Below, in pieces: positions 1 to 13,165 of a stretch of 64,000 nucleotides of DNA (the stretch's first letter is position 1; each line of letters opens with the position of its first letter). This DNA is from Hydrolagus colliei (lineage: Eukaryota). The DNA lies in NCBI GenBank assembly GCA_035084275.1, contig CM068750.1, forward strand, positions 9,610,001-9,674,000, given 5' to 3'. The position numbers were made by a program, and so were the translations under genes. The notes under the pieces were generated by a model. The model saw only the letters and a program-made list of their open reading frames with translations. It was not told where the DNA came from and ran no database searches.

Positions 1-1984
1 CAGTTAACGCTTGGTTCAGTACTGAAATAGAGTAGTGCTGGATTCACTTCATTGCCGGGTGCCATGAAATTCCTGACCCGATGCAGGCACCCTGTTGTGA
101 CCACAATCAGCTCTCATTACATGGCATCATTATCAGTGGGTCAAGAAATAAGGCAATGTGCCCAAGTAAATTTTTACAGTTTTTCTTATACACATGGAAG
201 GTTCAGAAATACAATTTGGATGAGCCTTGCCTGGATTATCCTTTTAACGTCACAACCCATCCTTTCCATGTGATGAGGTGATTATTATTGGCAGCCCAGT
301 GCTCCAGGTCAGCAAGATTCATTTGCTATTACCCTACTCACCTTCAGCAAGCTCTATCTTCTCTCCCCCTCCCCCCACAATTTTATGCATTCCGAGATTC
401 TGCCCTTGATGTCCTTGCTTTTATCCAAATTGGACTGTCAATTGCAAGGCTCCCTGCCCTTTATGGATAAGTTACACCGCAACCCTGACCCAGTGTCTAG
501 CTTTATAACATTACCACTTCAGTTGGGAATCACAGTCTTTCTATTCATCCAACCTGCTGCCTACATGACCAACGAAATAGGCACTCTCTAGAACAAAGTT
601 ATGTTCAATAAGGTTTATCCACACATCTTTTCTACTGTACTCAGGTAGGTTAGATGTATTTCCTTAGTGACCTGAACTGGTAAGCTCAATTGAACCAATT
701 GCGGACTTGTCAGATGTAATCCTTTTTGTTTCCACAACAGTATATCTCAGAGGAATTACTTGTTACTTTCTTGCTTTCCATCTCTGTTACTACTAAAACC
801 AAGTAGAAGATAATTATCAGGTACTGGGTATTGGAGCTGCAAATAGTTTTCCCCAAAGATACTTTCTTGCAGCAACCTCTTCAAAAAGACATTCATGCAT
901 TGGAAAGGCTTCACAGAACAATGAGATTTCAGTGCTTAAAACAAGGTATGAGTGAAGGTACTGTATGTAGATAGAACTGGGATTGTTCTTCTTGGAGAAG
1001 AGAAGACCTGAATCATGCAACATCTGGGTTTTCAAGATGTTTAAATGCTTGCATATGCTGGATGTAAGCAGCCTATTTTCCCGTTAAACTATAATTGCAG
1101 GATTCGATGTGTAACCATAAATATTCTGGATCTCAAGCAAAGCTAGAAAGAAGCCTTTGTCTCCACAATGAGGTAGCTGGTTGGAACAGACTCATATAAA
1201 TTAGTTAGCACTATGCCAATTAGCTGGTTTTAAAACAATAGTTGTATGAGTGATGGGTTATGAAAGGGCCTTCTGAATTACAGGGACAAGGTTAGGAAAA
1301 CATGGAATGGAAAATTATGGATCCAAAACGTTTCTTGTGTGTAATGATTTTTGACTGATTCTTCAATAACATTAAGAACACTTACTGGAGGAGCAATGAG
1401 CATGTGCTCAGTTGTGTATGTGCAGAGATAACTTCAGACCTTAACCAATGCGATTAGGAATTAGGTGTATAACTCAGATGTCCTGCTACTAATCGCTTCA
1501 CTGTTGGAAGTGATATTGCTTGTCTTCTAAAAGTATAAGCTGGGCTCCAGTGATATTCTGCAGTTGAATGTTTGATTGCTTTCAGATTTGGGAAAAAAAT
1601 CAGGTCACAGAGTTTTCTATTCTGGAACCAGTTATTCGTAGTCATTCCCCTGGTTTTTGGTTAGGCTATTCCTTGAACAAAACACACAAAGACATCACCT
1701 TGGAAACTTGATGGACATTTCCACTACATAATTCTTTTGGCATTCTTGTGATAGTGACATAATAGTGTCCAATATCTGACCAAAGCTTTTATTTAAGTGA
1801 ACTGATATTTTGGTGTGGGGAAGGTGGTGGGGTGGGGGTGGGGGCGGAGGATGGTAGAGAAGAAAGGAAAACATCAGCTATATATGAGCAGAGCTATATA
1901 TCTGCTTGAATAATAGAACACAGCTTCTTACAAAATAGAAAGCTGTGTTTTGCTGATTACATTATAATTAAGCAGATGCTTCTG

Positions 1985-2095
1985 CCCTTCGCCGACAAAA
2001 TACATAGTCACCACACTTGACAATAAATCCTGTGAAGCGTTTTGAGAAGTCCTCCTGTCATCGAAGGTGTTATATTGAATGTTATTATTAATAAT
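1985..2095 (+). mobile_element. Decayed SINE 3' end with L2-like tail
   Basis: ctgtgaagcgttttgagaagtcc...ggtgttatattgaatgttattatt aligns by eye with the tails of the copies at 8414 and 33116. Confidence 0.6.
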
Positions 2096-5000
2096 TTATT
2101 TTTATTACTTTCTTAATTAATTTCCCCTCCCGATTGTCATTTGTAATTTCTTGTTGTGACTCTCACCCGTCATGCTAGATGATGGCTTTAGCTCAATACA
2201 TAGATATTTTCTTCTAGCGCAGTGTTATGATTCTTTGCTATTGACCAATGTGAGATGTGCTTGCAGCAGGAACAGTTGATTGTTGTTTATTTTCTGTCCC
2301 AACACAGCGGGGCCTTCCATCTATCAGCCGTGCCAAGAACTGATGAAACGTGTTCTGTTTGTGACAGGTTGATAGACAGTCCTTTGACTTAATCTGCAGA
2401 CGTCTGGGTGGGAGGCAGACATTCAACTTTTTCTGATCTCACCTATGTGTTTCAGATTGTCAAATCCACTTAGGTGCAATTGGCATAGACGCAAAGTGCA
2501 TCCAAAAATTCAAATTTCCCCATTCATTTCAGAGGCATTCCAGTCCATTTTAATGCAAAAAAAGTATGATTAGCATTCAATCACTGCATAATGTTGATTT
2601 ATGTACAAGTCAAATGGCTCTAATGAACAGTAGAAGACAAGGCACGAATATAGTTTTAAATCTAAAATTTGAAAATCACTTATTTCCACCCTGATTTTTT
2701 GCATTACAAATGTAAAAGATAAATGAACATTATTCATGACTATCAGATTATAAGACTGTGGCAATCACTTAAGTTAGTTTTCTATGAGTTTTCTTAATGA
2801 GGGTATGAAATCTCTATATTTCCCTTTTTTTTGTTCCTGCACAGGTTTCACCAGCCATCCATCCTCAGGGTGGGTGACCTGCTGCTAGACTTTTGTTAAT
2901 GCTGTTCTTCATCCAACCCCTAGAGGAGGAGTAACAAAGTCCCAGTGATTGCTCTCCCTCCAGTTTTCCCTTCACCGCATTGCGAGACGCCTGCTCTCCA
3001 GTCAGTATCTACGCACAACAGCGGAGTCGAGATTGGGAAGTCAACAATAATGAGGGGAATTTGATCTGGGTCCTGTCATTCTGTGGTGCTGCGTGTTGCT
3101 GATCAAGCATCCTGCCCACCGCATTCTCCGCTACAAGCTTCATTTTCCATGTGTAGCATTTGAATGGGGTTACATTAGATTGTCTGCTCATGAAAAAATA
3201 TGATTTATTTTAGGCAGTATATATTACTTATAATGGAGACACAAACAGCCTCTCACTCTGAGTTCTCTGACTCTGATCCTCACTTCCAGAGCCCTTTCAC
3301 TCCAATCCCCACTTTCTGAGCTCCCTCATTGTGTCCTTCACTGTCTGAGCTCCATCACTCTAAGTTTCCTCTCTTTGATACCAAACTCTCTGAATCTCTC
3401 CCTAAATCTGTTCCCTCATTCTGGTTCCTTTCCTCTTTGGTCATTTGTCTCTTTCTCATCTTGGTCCCTGCTCCAATAACTCTGATGTTATTATTTTGCT
3501 ATTCCCAATTCCATTGCTTTGGACCTTTATTCCTGGCTTTGTCCCCCCAATGTTATGCCTCCCTTCAATGAAAAAGGTAGTTAAAAAGGCTATAAATAGA
3601 ATTTAAAAAACTTTCTTTAAAATAAACATTTTGTGCGCTCACCATATTTTTATAGCCTCTTAACATAATTAAATTTAAATGTAAAAATGTGAATTATTAC
3701 TTTTAGACCCTTCACTAAAAGCAAAGCTAGATTGTGCAGTCGAACCTGCTTTAAAAGCCACACCCTTATATTTATAAGAGATTTTAAAAAGCATGAAAGT
3801 TTAATTTATCCTCCTGATATTATAGTACTGTACATTTGAACAAAATGCAATCAGGATTAAGCTACATTTGTCATCAATTGTTTTGCTTAAGCAAAAAAGC
3901 TCCACAGCTGTGCAACCTTCTGTGAATGAAATACATGTGAACCAGATGCAATTTAACAAGAAGTTTAGCAAAATTATAAAGATGTTACCCGTAATACCAC
4001 TGCCTGAAGCTTTAGCCAATTGAAGCTCTTAAAATAGTCAGGCATTGAGGCAAGCAAACTGTTTATTGCCTCGTAACTCAGCAGCTACAACCTTATATCA
4101 CTTAATTAGTTCGAAAAGTTTAAAGATTGAATCGGAGCATTGCCCTATACTGTACAGGTAATTCTGTATACTGTATATATATATATATGTATATGGTATA
4201 TGTATATTATGCATGTAGAGTTGATAAAGGGTTGTTAGCTTTCAACACATAGGACATTCTTGAAGGGTTTTTAATCTAACCTGCTGATGTGCACAGAAAA
4301 ACAAGAATATCTATTGCCCTACAATTGTTCTTCCACTTGTGTTTAGTGCTTGTGGATTTTTGATCTATTAAACTCAGAAAGAATGGTGTTGTATGCCATC
4401 ACCAGTAGATGCATCTAGTACTAATAAGGTGAAAACAAGTTTTATTAAACCATGTATACCATGATCTTAATTGGAGCAAATAATCAGCAACCATCTAAAC
4501 AGAATAAATTGTGCCATACATTTTAAATACACTAAGTATGCAAATCACCCAACATTGACACCTTCTGAAAGCTTTCCTGCATCAATGGATCCAAAATGCA
4601 AAAGGACAGGCAATCATAAAATACAAACAGCCCACAGCTCCAGCTAACCTTTCTTCATTATCATAAAAGGTCCTGCTGCTTCAGCATTCTAGTTATTGTA
4701 GCTATTTGGCAAAATAAAGCCAGACTAAAATGAGCATTGTGAAATGCAATCCATTCCAATGCCTCAAATGCATTTTCTTATCTTCAATTAATGTTGGATT
4801 TCTTTTCAGCAATGGAATTTTTAACATAAACACGTTCATGTTATGTTTACACATGCACTGAACTAACATCCTTATAGCTAAATAGAGCAGTTGATAATGA
4901 AAGAAACCTATTATGTTTTGCTCATTGTTTATGATGCACAAAGTTATGAATGTTTAGTTCATTTTTATACTCTGAAACTATTAGATGATTATTCTTAATC

Positions 5001-7759
5001 AGCAGAATAATATTGAATGATAATAGCAGCTACTTTTCCTCTCCATTCTCAAGTTAATATGTACCAAGGTGGGGAATGTATATTGCTTCGAGGAACAAGG
5101 GTACAAACAAAAGAAAACTGAATGTAACTGAAGAAGTGATTGCTTCACCCTGAGTTACTTTATGGAATAGGCTAAAAATTAGTCCATCCAGTAAATGTAG
5201 AGCCCTTTGGAACATTGAAAAAGAAATGAATGGATTTCTGAAACAAAAACCAATACAGGCATATTAAGATGTCAAAACAACACAGTGCTGAAACTGACTT
5301 AAGTGTTGTGAAAATTTACTTAATTAAGATGCGCTTAATGACTTCTTCATAACCCTATTTCCCTATGTATACTAGTTACCACTAATCTATGAAGCACAGT
5401 CCACAAGTCCTTCTGGGCAAAAATTTCATTATAGCAGGGAATGATGTTCCATTTGGTCACTCAGTAAATGAATCAGCACAATGGAACGGTTTCACTACAC
5501 CTAACTTCACTATAAGTAAATGTTATCTTTCACATAACCTGTTTAATTTGTCTGCAGGTGCTGATTACTTTACCTTAGTAAGGATTTTTCTCATATGTTT
5601 AAAAATCATTTGACGTGTCTGGATTTAACACATGAAGTTATTATCCTTGTTGGTGTTAACCTCAATTGACTCAGACCTGAACCCACAACATCTCAAATTT
5701 ATGTTTGTTAATAATAGTCTAGCTCAGTATATTACTGACCCTGCCTATTATTTCTAACCACTAATTCATTTTAATTGATTTAATTTGTACTTATAAATCA
5801 GAGACATTGATTTTGGTTTCCAATACCTAGCAGAATCATTGCCAACAATCATGCCTTGAATTCTGCTTGGGCAGACAGTATTGTCGGCAGCCAATTCACC
5901 GTTTGCCATTCTGCACTTCTCTGGTAAATGATATATATGAATATTTCACTATCCATTCAGTGGAGTTGTGCTAGTGTGGTTACCCTTCGTTACTGTCATA
6001 ACCCACGTTGTCATGTAGAGTAAGGGATCAGCATGAATTTCGAATAGTGCACTGAAAATATACTCATCCAATTGCAAAAATAACCCAATTCTTCTGTACC
6101 TAAAACAAATAATGATTTGGAATACTTGGATTTTTTAAAAATTCACCTGTTCAGACTAACATGTGACCCTGAATAATTAACCCACAGTGCCCTGCAACTG
6201 AGTGTATTCATCTGGAATACAATTAAAAGTGCACTCGGCAGCAGCTCCTTCAAGTAATAATTCGTACAATTGACATGGAAAAGAAATAAAGAGGTGCTGC
6301 TTGAGAAGATAATAACTATTAGTCAAGTGAAACGGAAACTGCAAGAATGCAATGAGCATACAATGAGCCAGGCCAACCGATTCTAGAAGAAATACTTCAA
6401 CAAAACAAAGGGATGACATACACACGTCATCTTGATTTTTTTGGTGGTGTATTTTTTATATACCCAAGAAGGAAGAGCCATTGATGTACCATAGTGATTT
6501 TTCTGATCATCCTGAGGGCATGGCTCAGATGAACTATTACAGTATTTGGTTGGGAGAAGTATTCCCTTGTGTCTAGACCTAATCTTCATTTCAGAGCATT
6601 CTGAATTTGGTCATTCTTAAACATGTCCTTCATTTTGAAGTTATTTCAAGACCTAGACCAAACCAACTTCAAAGTTATGATTTTAAAATGAAGACTTATT
6701 GCCAGATTCTGCACACTCTGAAATGTGGTATGAATGGAGGGAATCCAGATTCAGGTGGAATTTGTTGTGTCGGGTTAATCTAGGTGAAGAGAACAGAAAG
6801 TCAGGAAATAACTAACCAAATCTAACATTTCCTTTTCCCCTCAGTATAATTGCTTTCCAACATACTTCATTGGAGATGAGCAACACTTATCATAATTAAT
6901 GTGGTCTCAGGCTATTGGAAAGAGTTGGGGGGTGGGGGGAAGGAGGTCACAAGCTGTCCTGTTTGATTAAGAGACAAACATCAGCTCTCTGTACTGTGTA
7001 TCTATTCAGCTACAAGACACAGTAAATAACAATCTACACCACACATGAAGTAGTTCTATGGGGACCACAATGTACAGATATGCTAAGCAGATCATTGATG
7101 TACATTTATAGAAGTGTTTGTGAATTAATTGCGCTTGGCACACACAAATCTATTTGTTCTGGCACACACAAATCTATAGTATTCATCAGGTGGTTGTTTT
7201 AACTCTTGGTCTCTTCTTGGATAAACTGTAAGTACATTCATCACACTCCTACTTCGGCTGAAAATAACTTAATGCGCTGGGAGGTTATATGCATTTCATC
7301 AATGCATTTTACAGGTGCATTCTATGAGTCTTTTGAGTAAGTCCCTGAGTATTATGGGATGTTGTCTTAAAAATATTCTCTCCACAAAGGTCTGCAGATT
7401 TTCCCAGAATGGGAATGATGAGCCATGTCTTCATTCTGCAGTCAACATTGGCAATCAGCCAGCACCAACACTTTCTGTCCTACCCAAACCTCCTATAGAG
7501 AGAGGATCAGGAAAGAATAAATCAGTCATGGGTGGACCAATGATTACAGCTGACTCTGTTATTACCACTGAGTAATGGAGGTTATGCCTGAGATTGCTCT
7601 TTCTATAGTGGTGTCTGAGAGTAAAGTCAGTTGCCAGCACATCTTCATTATGTCACACATTGCTGCTTTCATTAGAATATGAAAACTGCATGTATGGTGT
7701 AATTCAAGCTGTTACACCTCCTGTTGGTTTTGGACCAACATATACAGTCCATAAAACAA

Positions 7760-7857
7760 ACAGTCAATGCATTTTACAGTATATTCTGTGCAGCGATTTG
7801 AGACATCTCGAAGACGTGATAAGGCACTTTTTCAAATGCAAGGATTATTATTATTAA
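7760..7857 (+). mobile_element. SINE 3' fragment (L2-like tail, (TTA)n end)
   Basis: tttacagtatattctgtgcagcgatttgagacatctcgaagacgtgataaggc...aaatgcaaggattattattatt, close to other copies in the window. Confidence 0.85.
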
Positions 7858-8239
7858 CATTTTCCATACTGCTGGTGGTGAAACATGTAGGAAAACCTGA
7901 TTAGACAATAATTCTATGGTTCTTGAAGCAGCATCAACAAAAATGTTACCGCTGTTATTAATGTGCCTACAAAATTAGCATCAGGAAATTCTCCCCATGA
8001 TATCTGTCAAGAAATCACAAGTGAGCAAACAATGTGACTAACACATAAATATATGAATAACTGATGAACATTTTACAATAGGTTCAAGATTATACATTTA
8101 AATCAAGAACATCAAGAGTCAAGAATTCTGTGTAATGTGAATAAATGAGAATTGATTTGAAACATTTAGAATTCTATGTTTGGATCAGATATGCATTTTA
8201 TCTCAAGCCAACTGCAGCATCAATCTGTCACAAATAGGA

Positions 8240-8360
8240 CATGGTCTATGCCAAAAGGAATGGAAATTTGCCAGTGTCTATCCTCTTTCTGAAATCAGCT
8301 ATAAAGCTGATCTGAGCAATTATTGTCCTGTTTTCATCGTCGCTAAGCTATCTGAAACAC
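8240..8360 (+). mobile_element. Decayed non-LTR retrotransposon ORF2 (RT N-terminal) fragment
   Basis: Translation EWKFASVYPL..KADLSNYCPV resembles the CR1/L2-clade motif WK.A.V.P..KK.D..NYRPIS. Confidence 0.6.
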
Positions 8361-8413
8361 TTCAATATATTGGTCTATTCAAACACCTGAATTGTTTGTG
8401 GGTTTAATATGTG

Positions 8414-8713
8414 GAGTCCTGTAGCTCAGGGTTGAAGCACTCGCCTTACAAGAGTGAGACCTGTGGTAGGGAGAAACCTTGGGCAAGTTTCCTTGCTCCA
8501 CATGCCTAATAATAATCCCTCAAAAATAAAAACTGTAATAAATTGGTCATTTCAATCCACAACTATTTGTGGGACATTGCTGTTGGAAATTGGCTGCGTG
8601 TTTCGCCCACAAATATGCAGTCAATTTACTTTACGGTATATTATGTGAAGCGCTTTGAGACATCCAGAAGACGTGAAAAGCGTTATATTAAATGCAAGGA
8701 TTATTATTATTAT
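8414..8713 (+). mobile_element. Near full-length tRNA-derived SINE (tRNA head, CORE-like block, Deu 3' part, L2-like tail)
   Basis: Head gagtcctgtagctcagggttgaagcactcgcc; ttgggcaagtttcctt; tttgtgggacattgctg..aaattggctgc; tail gtgaagcgctttgagacatcc..aaatgcaaggattattattattatt; colinear with 33116-33496. Confidence 0.9.
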
Positions 8714-9048
8714 TGTTATAAACCAGGTGCTATTCCATTCACATCCCCGGTAAATCTCTTATTGAATTTACTGAACACATGCTTTGTGATTTTGATAAAT
8801 GCCAACCTGTAGAGACTATTTTTTCTCAATTTGAATAAATGTCTTTGGCAGCAGTAAGTCATAATATTTTAGGTTGAGCTAGATATGTTTAGGAGTCAGG
8901 TTAGAAATAATTTTCTGTACCAATATTCGATATGCTTAGCTTTAGGATAAACTGCTGTTATTCAGAAACATTGAGGCATTCTTTCTAGAATGGAATCCAG
9001 ATTCTAGTTGATATAGTGTAATTTGAATAAAAGAATTATAAATATAAT

Positions 9049-9130
9049 TACAGTACAAGCCCATTTATCCGGCATCCTCAGGACCTGGCCAATGCCGGTT
9101 AAAGCACATGCCGGATATTTGGCCCAAAAC
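9049..9130 (+). mobile_element. Possible Tc1/mariner (Tigger/pogo-like) terminal fragment
   Basis: TA followed by CAGTACAAGCCCATTTATCCGGCATCC, with internal ATGCCGG..ATGCCGGATA; no matching right end found. Confidence 0.4.
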
Positions 9131-9979
9131 GCAAAACAAAGTGTCTATTTGCCGAGGTTGGTCACGGGAAGTTGTGAGTCTGTCAGGCCTGGCTCAATGG
9201 AGTTCCCTCAGGTCAGGCAGAGTTGGGATCATGGTTGGGGTTGTTGACTTGGCTGCATTGTTAACTTGGCTGAGTTGGTTCTGGCTCTTGCCTTGAGTGG
9301 GTGGTTGAGTCAGCTTAGGGCTGAAAATCTACAATTGGCCTTCAGGTGGACTGTAAATCATATGAAATGGTATTTCTCTGTGGTGGTGAAGGGAAGGAAT
9401 CTGAACCTTGGATAATGGGAGCCCCGTGGGATCGATCGTTGTTGCTAGTTTGACTGATCTTTGTGAGACAATATAATTTGTTGCATTTATGGATGATTTT
9501 TCTCACTCCATTTCATCATTTGCAGGTTTGATGAGGAGGTTCCTTTCTGTCAGTTCTTGCTTGGCTGGGATCTCCTCAGTTATTCAAAAGTTGACCTGAA
9601 GCCTGTCCATGCCTGCGACCTTGATCACCTCTGTGCTTCACCTCAGCCATCAACCGAAACTTAAGTCTGTGCTGGTTGGAACAGTACATTGATGACTGAA
9701 ACTCATGCCATTTTTCTTTCGCTATGTTTCTACAGCACCTCGGGATCCGTGAAACATCAGGCGAGTGTAATAGTGGAAACCTTACGGTGGCAACTAAAGC
9801 TATTACACTTGTTTTCTCTCTCTTTGGCATTTTTCTACACTCCAGAGGTTTGGCAACACTATGTGGACTCCATAAATTGATGCCTGACCTCCGAACACAT
9901 ATGAGCCAATCTGTGGATCACATTGTAGGTCGAGACGGGAACAGAGGCTGAGGTTTGAATGGGACAGGACGAGGGAGAT

Positions 9980-10012
9980 GTCGGTCGGTCGGTCGGTCGG
10001 TCGATCGGTCGG
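9980..10012. repeat. (GTCG)n microsatellite
   Basis: gtcggtcggtcggtcggtcggtcgatcggtcgg read directly. Confidence 0.95.
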
Positions 10013-10359
10013 CAGGCCGCCAGGCCGGCCAGCCAGCTGGCGGGTGGAGTCAGTCGGTGGATGTTTGGACGAAAACGATTTAGGGATTTCTCCACTTAGG
10101 GATTCAACGCGATGGACTTCCCCACTGGCACAAGAATTTGGGTGGATTTTTGTCAGTAGGAAAACGGTTTCTTTTTTCACAGTAAATCCGTCGATGGCAG
10201 AATTACTGCCAGTTCACATTTTCAATTCATTGCTAATAGCTGGGTAATGATAAAAGAGTCATTAGGAGTCAATTCCATTAATATTTAAGAGGGTTGGTAA
10301 AATGGCCAGTTAAAAAATTCTGGTATTAACTGTTGGTAGTTTGTGTGTTACAGATATCA

Positions 10360-10472
10360 TTGCCCGTGAAATATACAGTCAATTCACTTTACAATATATT
10401 CCGTGAAGCGCTTTGAGACATCTTGAAGACATGTTAAACCGTGACTCAAATACAAGGATTATTACTATTATT
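10360..10472 (+). mobile_element. SINE 3' fragment with L2-like tail
   Basis: atacagtcaattcactttacaatatattccgtgaagcgctttgagacatcttgaagac...caaggattattactatt. Confidence 0.85.
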
Positions 10473-10670
10473 AATAATCCTTGCATTGATATAGCTCCTT
10501 CCATGTTGTGAAGGACAACTCAAATTGTTTCACAGGATATTCTGTGAAGTGCAGTGTTTTGCATTTGTGGGCAAATGCGGCAGCCAATTTGAGCACGATA
10601 AGTCATAAAGTGAACCACCAATTTTATTTGCGGAATTGTTGGCCAGGATACCGGGAGAAACTCCCTTCAA
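10473..10670 (-). mobile_element. Deu-domain SINE fragment
   Basis: Reverse complement reads gggagtttctcccggtatcctggccaacaattcc...caaattggctgccgcatttgccc...tgcaaggattatt; matches the copy at 29541. Confidence 0.85.
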
Positions 10671-10909
10671 CATTTAACCTCTCATAACCATGTTGTTATC
10701 TGGCTAAAACATAATTTATATATTGGCTGTTCCTCCACTATTTTCCAGCCGTTTCTCATTAGGGGAAACACCACAAAGCTCCAGGATGATTTCTGAGCCA
10801 TTAAGGTGATTGACTTTGAATTACATTTGGTTAAACATGTAAACTTATCATAAGCAGGTTTAGTTATGTTGCAACAGAAGAAAAGTATAGCAAAGGCACT
10901 TGATGAAGT

Positions 10910-11190
10910 AAAGATAACTTGAATGTTTAACCATATTTTATCATGTCCTAACATCTCAACGTGCTTTGCAGAATTACTGTCAGGAATAATGATTTTCTTG
11001 TCAGCAAACACAGCAGCCATTTTGCACATAGCAAGACTTGAGAAACAGCTAAGAGGTGAATTTATTTGAAGTACTGCCAGCCAGTATACCAGGGGAAACT
11101 CCCTTCTCTTTTCAACTAGTGTCATAGGATCTCTAAAGGCTACCTGAAGATCAGGCAGATGGATCAACTGAAGTAAGTATCTCCCAAGAG
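10910..11190 (-). mobile_element. Older Deu-domain SINE
   Basis: Reverse complement: agagatcctatgacactagttgaaaagagaagggagtttcccctggtatactggc...cttgctatgtgcaaaatggctgctgtgtttgc...gcaaagcacgttgagatg. Confidence 0.75.
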
Positions 11191-11413
11191 TAAAATCCAA
11201 GCACATATTATTAGCACCATATTAACTGGACTAAAATTTAACATTTCATGCCATCAATCCTGTTACTGTCGTGCACCAACAAGTGTCAACCATGAAAAAT
11301 AGAGTGAAAAAATTTCCACTCACCTAAAGTGCCAAAAGCAATATAAATTAGAAGCAGAATCGTGACTATTCGGCACTGGAATAAATTACAATCTCACCTG
11401 GAAAGGTTGTGTA

Positions 11414-11580
11414 ATATTAAATCCTTGCATTTCATATCATGCCTAATCATGTTGCAGAAATGTCTCGAAGCATTTCATCGGATTTCCTGTAAAGTGAAGT
11501 GACTGTGTATTTGTAGACAAATGATGCAGCCAATTTGCGCACAGCAATGTCCCATCAGCAATCAAGTGAATGAACAATTT
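11414..11580 (-). mobile_element. SINE 3' half (Deu 3' part and tail)
   Basis: atccttgcattt...gcagccaatttgcgcacagcaatgtccca is the reverse complement of the shared SINE 3' region. Confidence 0.85.
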
Positions 11581-12789
11581 GATATTCAATGTATAAAATA
11601 CAATTTCTGTTCTGATTAAGTTGTGGCACATTGTTGGATGAATATTTTGGAGGTTTTGACTTTGTGGTTGAAGGAGAATCTATACTTTCCCTTGGGACAT
11701 AGCATAGAGTGGGTAGGTTCTGCGTGGATGTGGAAGAATAGGCTGGATGACCATTTTTTATTCTGCATTTCTTTCATTTCTTAGTAAAGTTGTGCTCCAC
11801 TTGTACCTATCTAAGTACTGTATTTAGCTTTCGAGCAATATTTGCCAGTAGAAACTGGGAGCGTGTCTGCAGCCATCCTCTCAGTAGGTGGGTAGCATAA
11901 GGAGGATAAAAAAGAGGAAATTATTAGTTGAAAAAAAACACAAATGGGGATATTGATGAAGTACTGGATGGGACAATTTTGAAATCTGCAATTTTTAAAA
12001 CAAAAATTTTAAGAGTATAAATTAAAATGTGCTTTTCTTAGTGGAATTGTGCTTCTATATGTGCCACCTTAGCTTTTGTTCCGTGTACTGTACTTACAAT
12101 ATTGTTTGTTTATTTTTATTGTTAAATCTAAAGGACAGTGACAATATAATAACTAGATACAATCTCGAGGGACTGCTGCCTGTCTGGTTAGGATCTTGAA
12201 CTATTGACAATGTAACAAAATAGCCTTATGAATGAAACAGCCAAACTGCAGCTGTGCAGCTTTAATGCATGGAATTGGCTAATATTTATTTAATTGCTTA
12301 TATTCTGCATGAATGTATTAACACATCAGCAGCTCTCCTATATATTTTTTTAGGGAAAAGAAGGCTTTTCCTAACAATTCCCTTAGTGATGGTACGATCC
12401 CATACAGGTCACCACCTGCATTCAGACTGAAAGATTGGGTGCAAAGGTGCGAGTAAAACATTTTCATTTATTATTAAAAACAAAATTTCAAACACACATC
12501 TATTAATTTCAAGTGTGGAATCAAGATTGCAACAGTTTGAATCCTTAAGCACCATTTTTTTTTTAAAAAGAGAGGTTCTTGAACATTAATACTAGATGCC
12601 AATTATGGATAGGTATGGTTGTGTTTTACATACAGTATAGAAACACGTTGCCAATAGGTGTGTATTTCCCTCTCTACTTCTGTCTTTACTTTCTAGACCG
12701 AGACAGGGTTCTTATTTTTCTCCTTTTATTCTCATGTGTATTTAAATCAAGAACAGAACAATTCCATAAAGAACAATACAAGGCATAAT

Positions 12790-13165
12790 TGGAATCATTA
12801 ATCAGACCGAGATGTAGGGATTCAAAACACACAAAAGAAAATGAAACAATAAAAATGGATGGAAATCAAATGAAAATGTGTAAGAATGACAGGTTAGAAA
12901 TGTTGGAATTGATTGCGCATTGTAAAGAAAAGGAAGAAACAGAAAATGAAAGGAAGAGAAGAAGATACGGGAATCAAATGAAAACGAATCAAAGAGAAAA
13001 ACAGATAAAGGAAAAATAACTAGGGATAAAGAAAACTCGTTCAAAAATAATTATATATATATATATATATAGTATAACAGCCCAACAATCAAAAAGTGAG
13101 AAGAGGAAAAAAAACTGTCAAAAACTGAAAGAAGAAAAGATGTGAAAGAACAAAGAAACAACTTA
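12790..13165. repeat. Purine-rich low-complexity tract with (AT)n
   Basis: A/G-rich runs with repeated aatcaaatgaaaa and a tatatata run near 13052-13071. Confidence 0.7.

Noticed and set aside
8-35. 5S rRNA-like fragment (cttggttcagtactg)
   Set aside because: Match too short and divergent
7137-7180. Direct repeat ggcacacacaaatctat x2; similar short duplications at ~30253 and ~63228
   Set aside because: Two-copy slippage duplications, not CRISPR-like or structured arrays
9803-10247. ORFs with PTDR/RSVG repeats
   Set aside because: Translations of the (GTCG)n microsatellite
10682-11206. Longest ORF (174 aa, minus strand) as a protein gene
   Set aside because: Overlies a Deu-domain SINE; no protein-like motif; chance open frame
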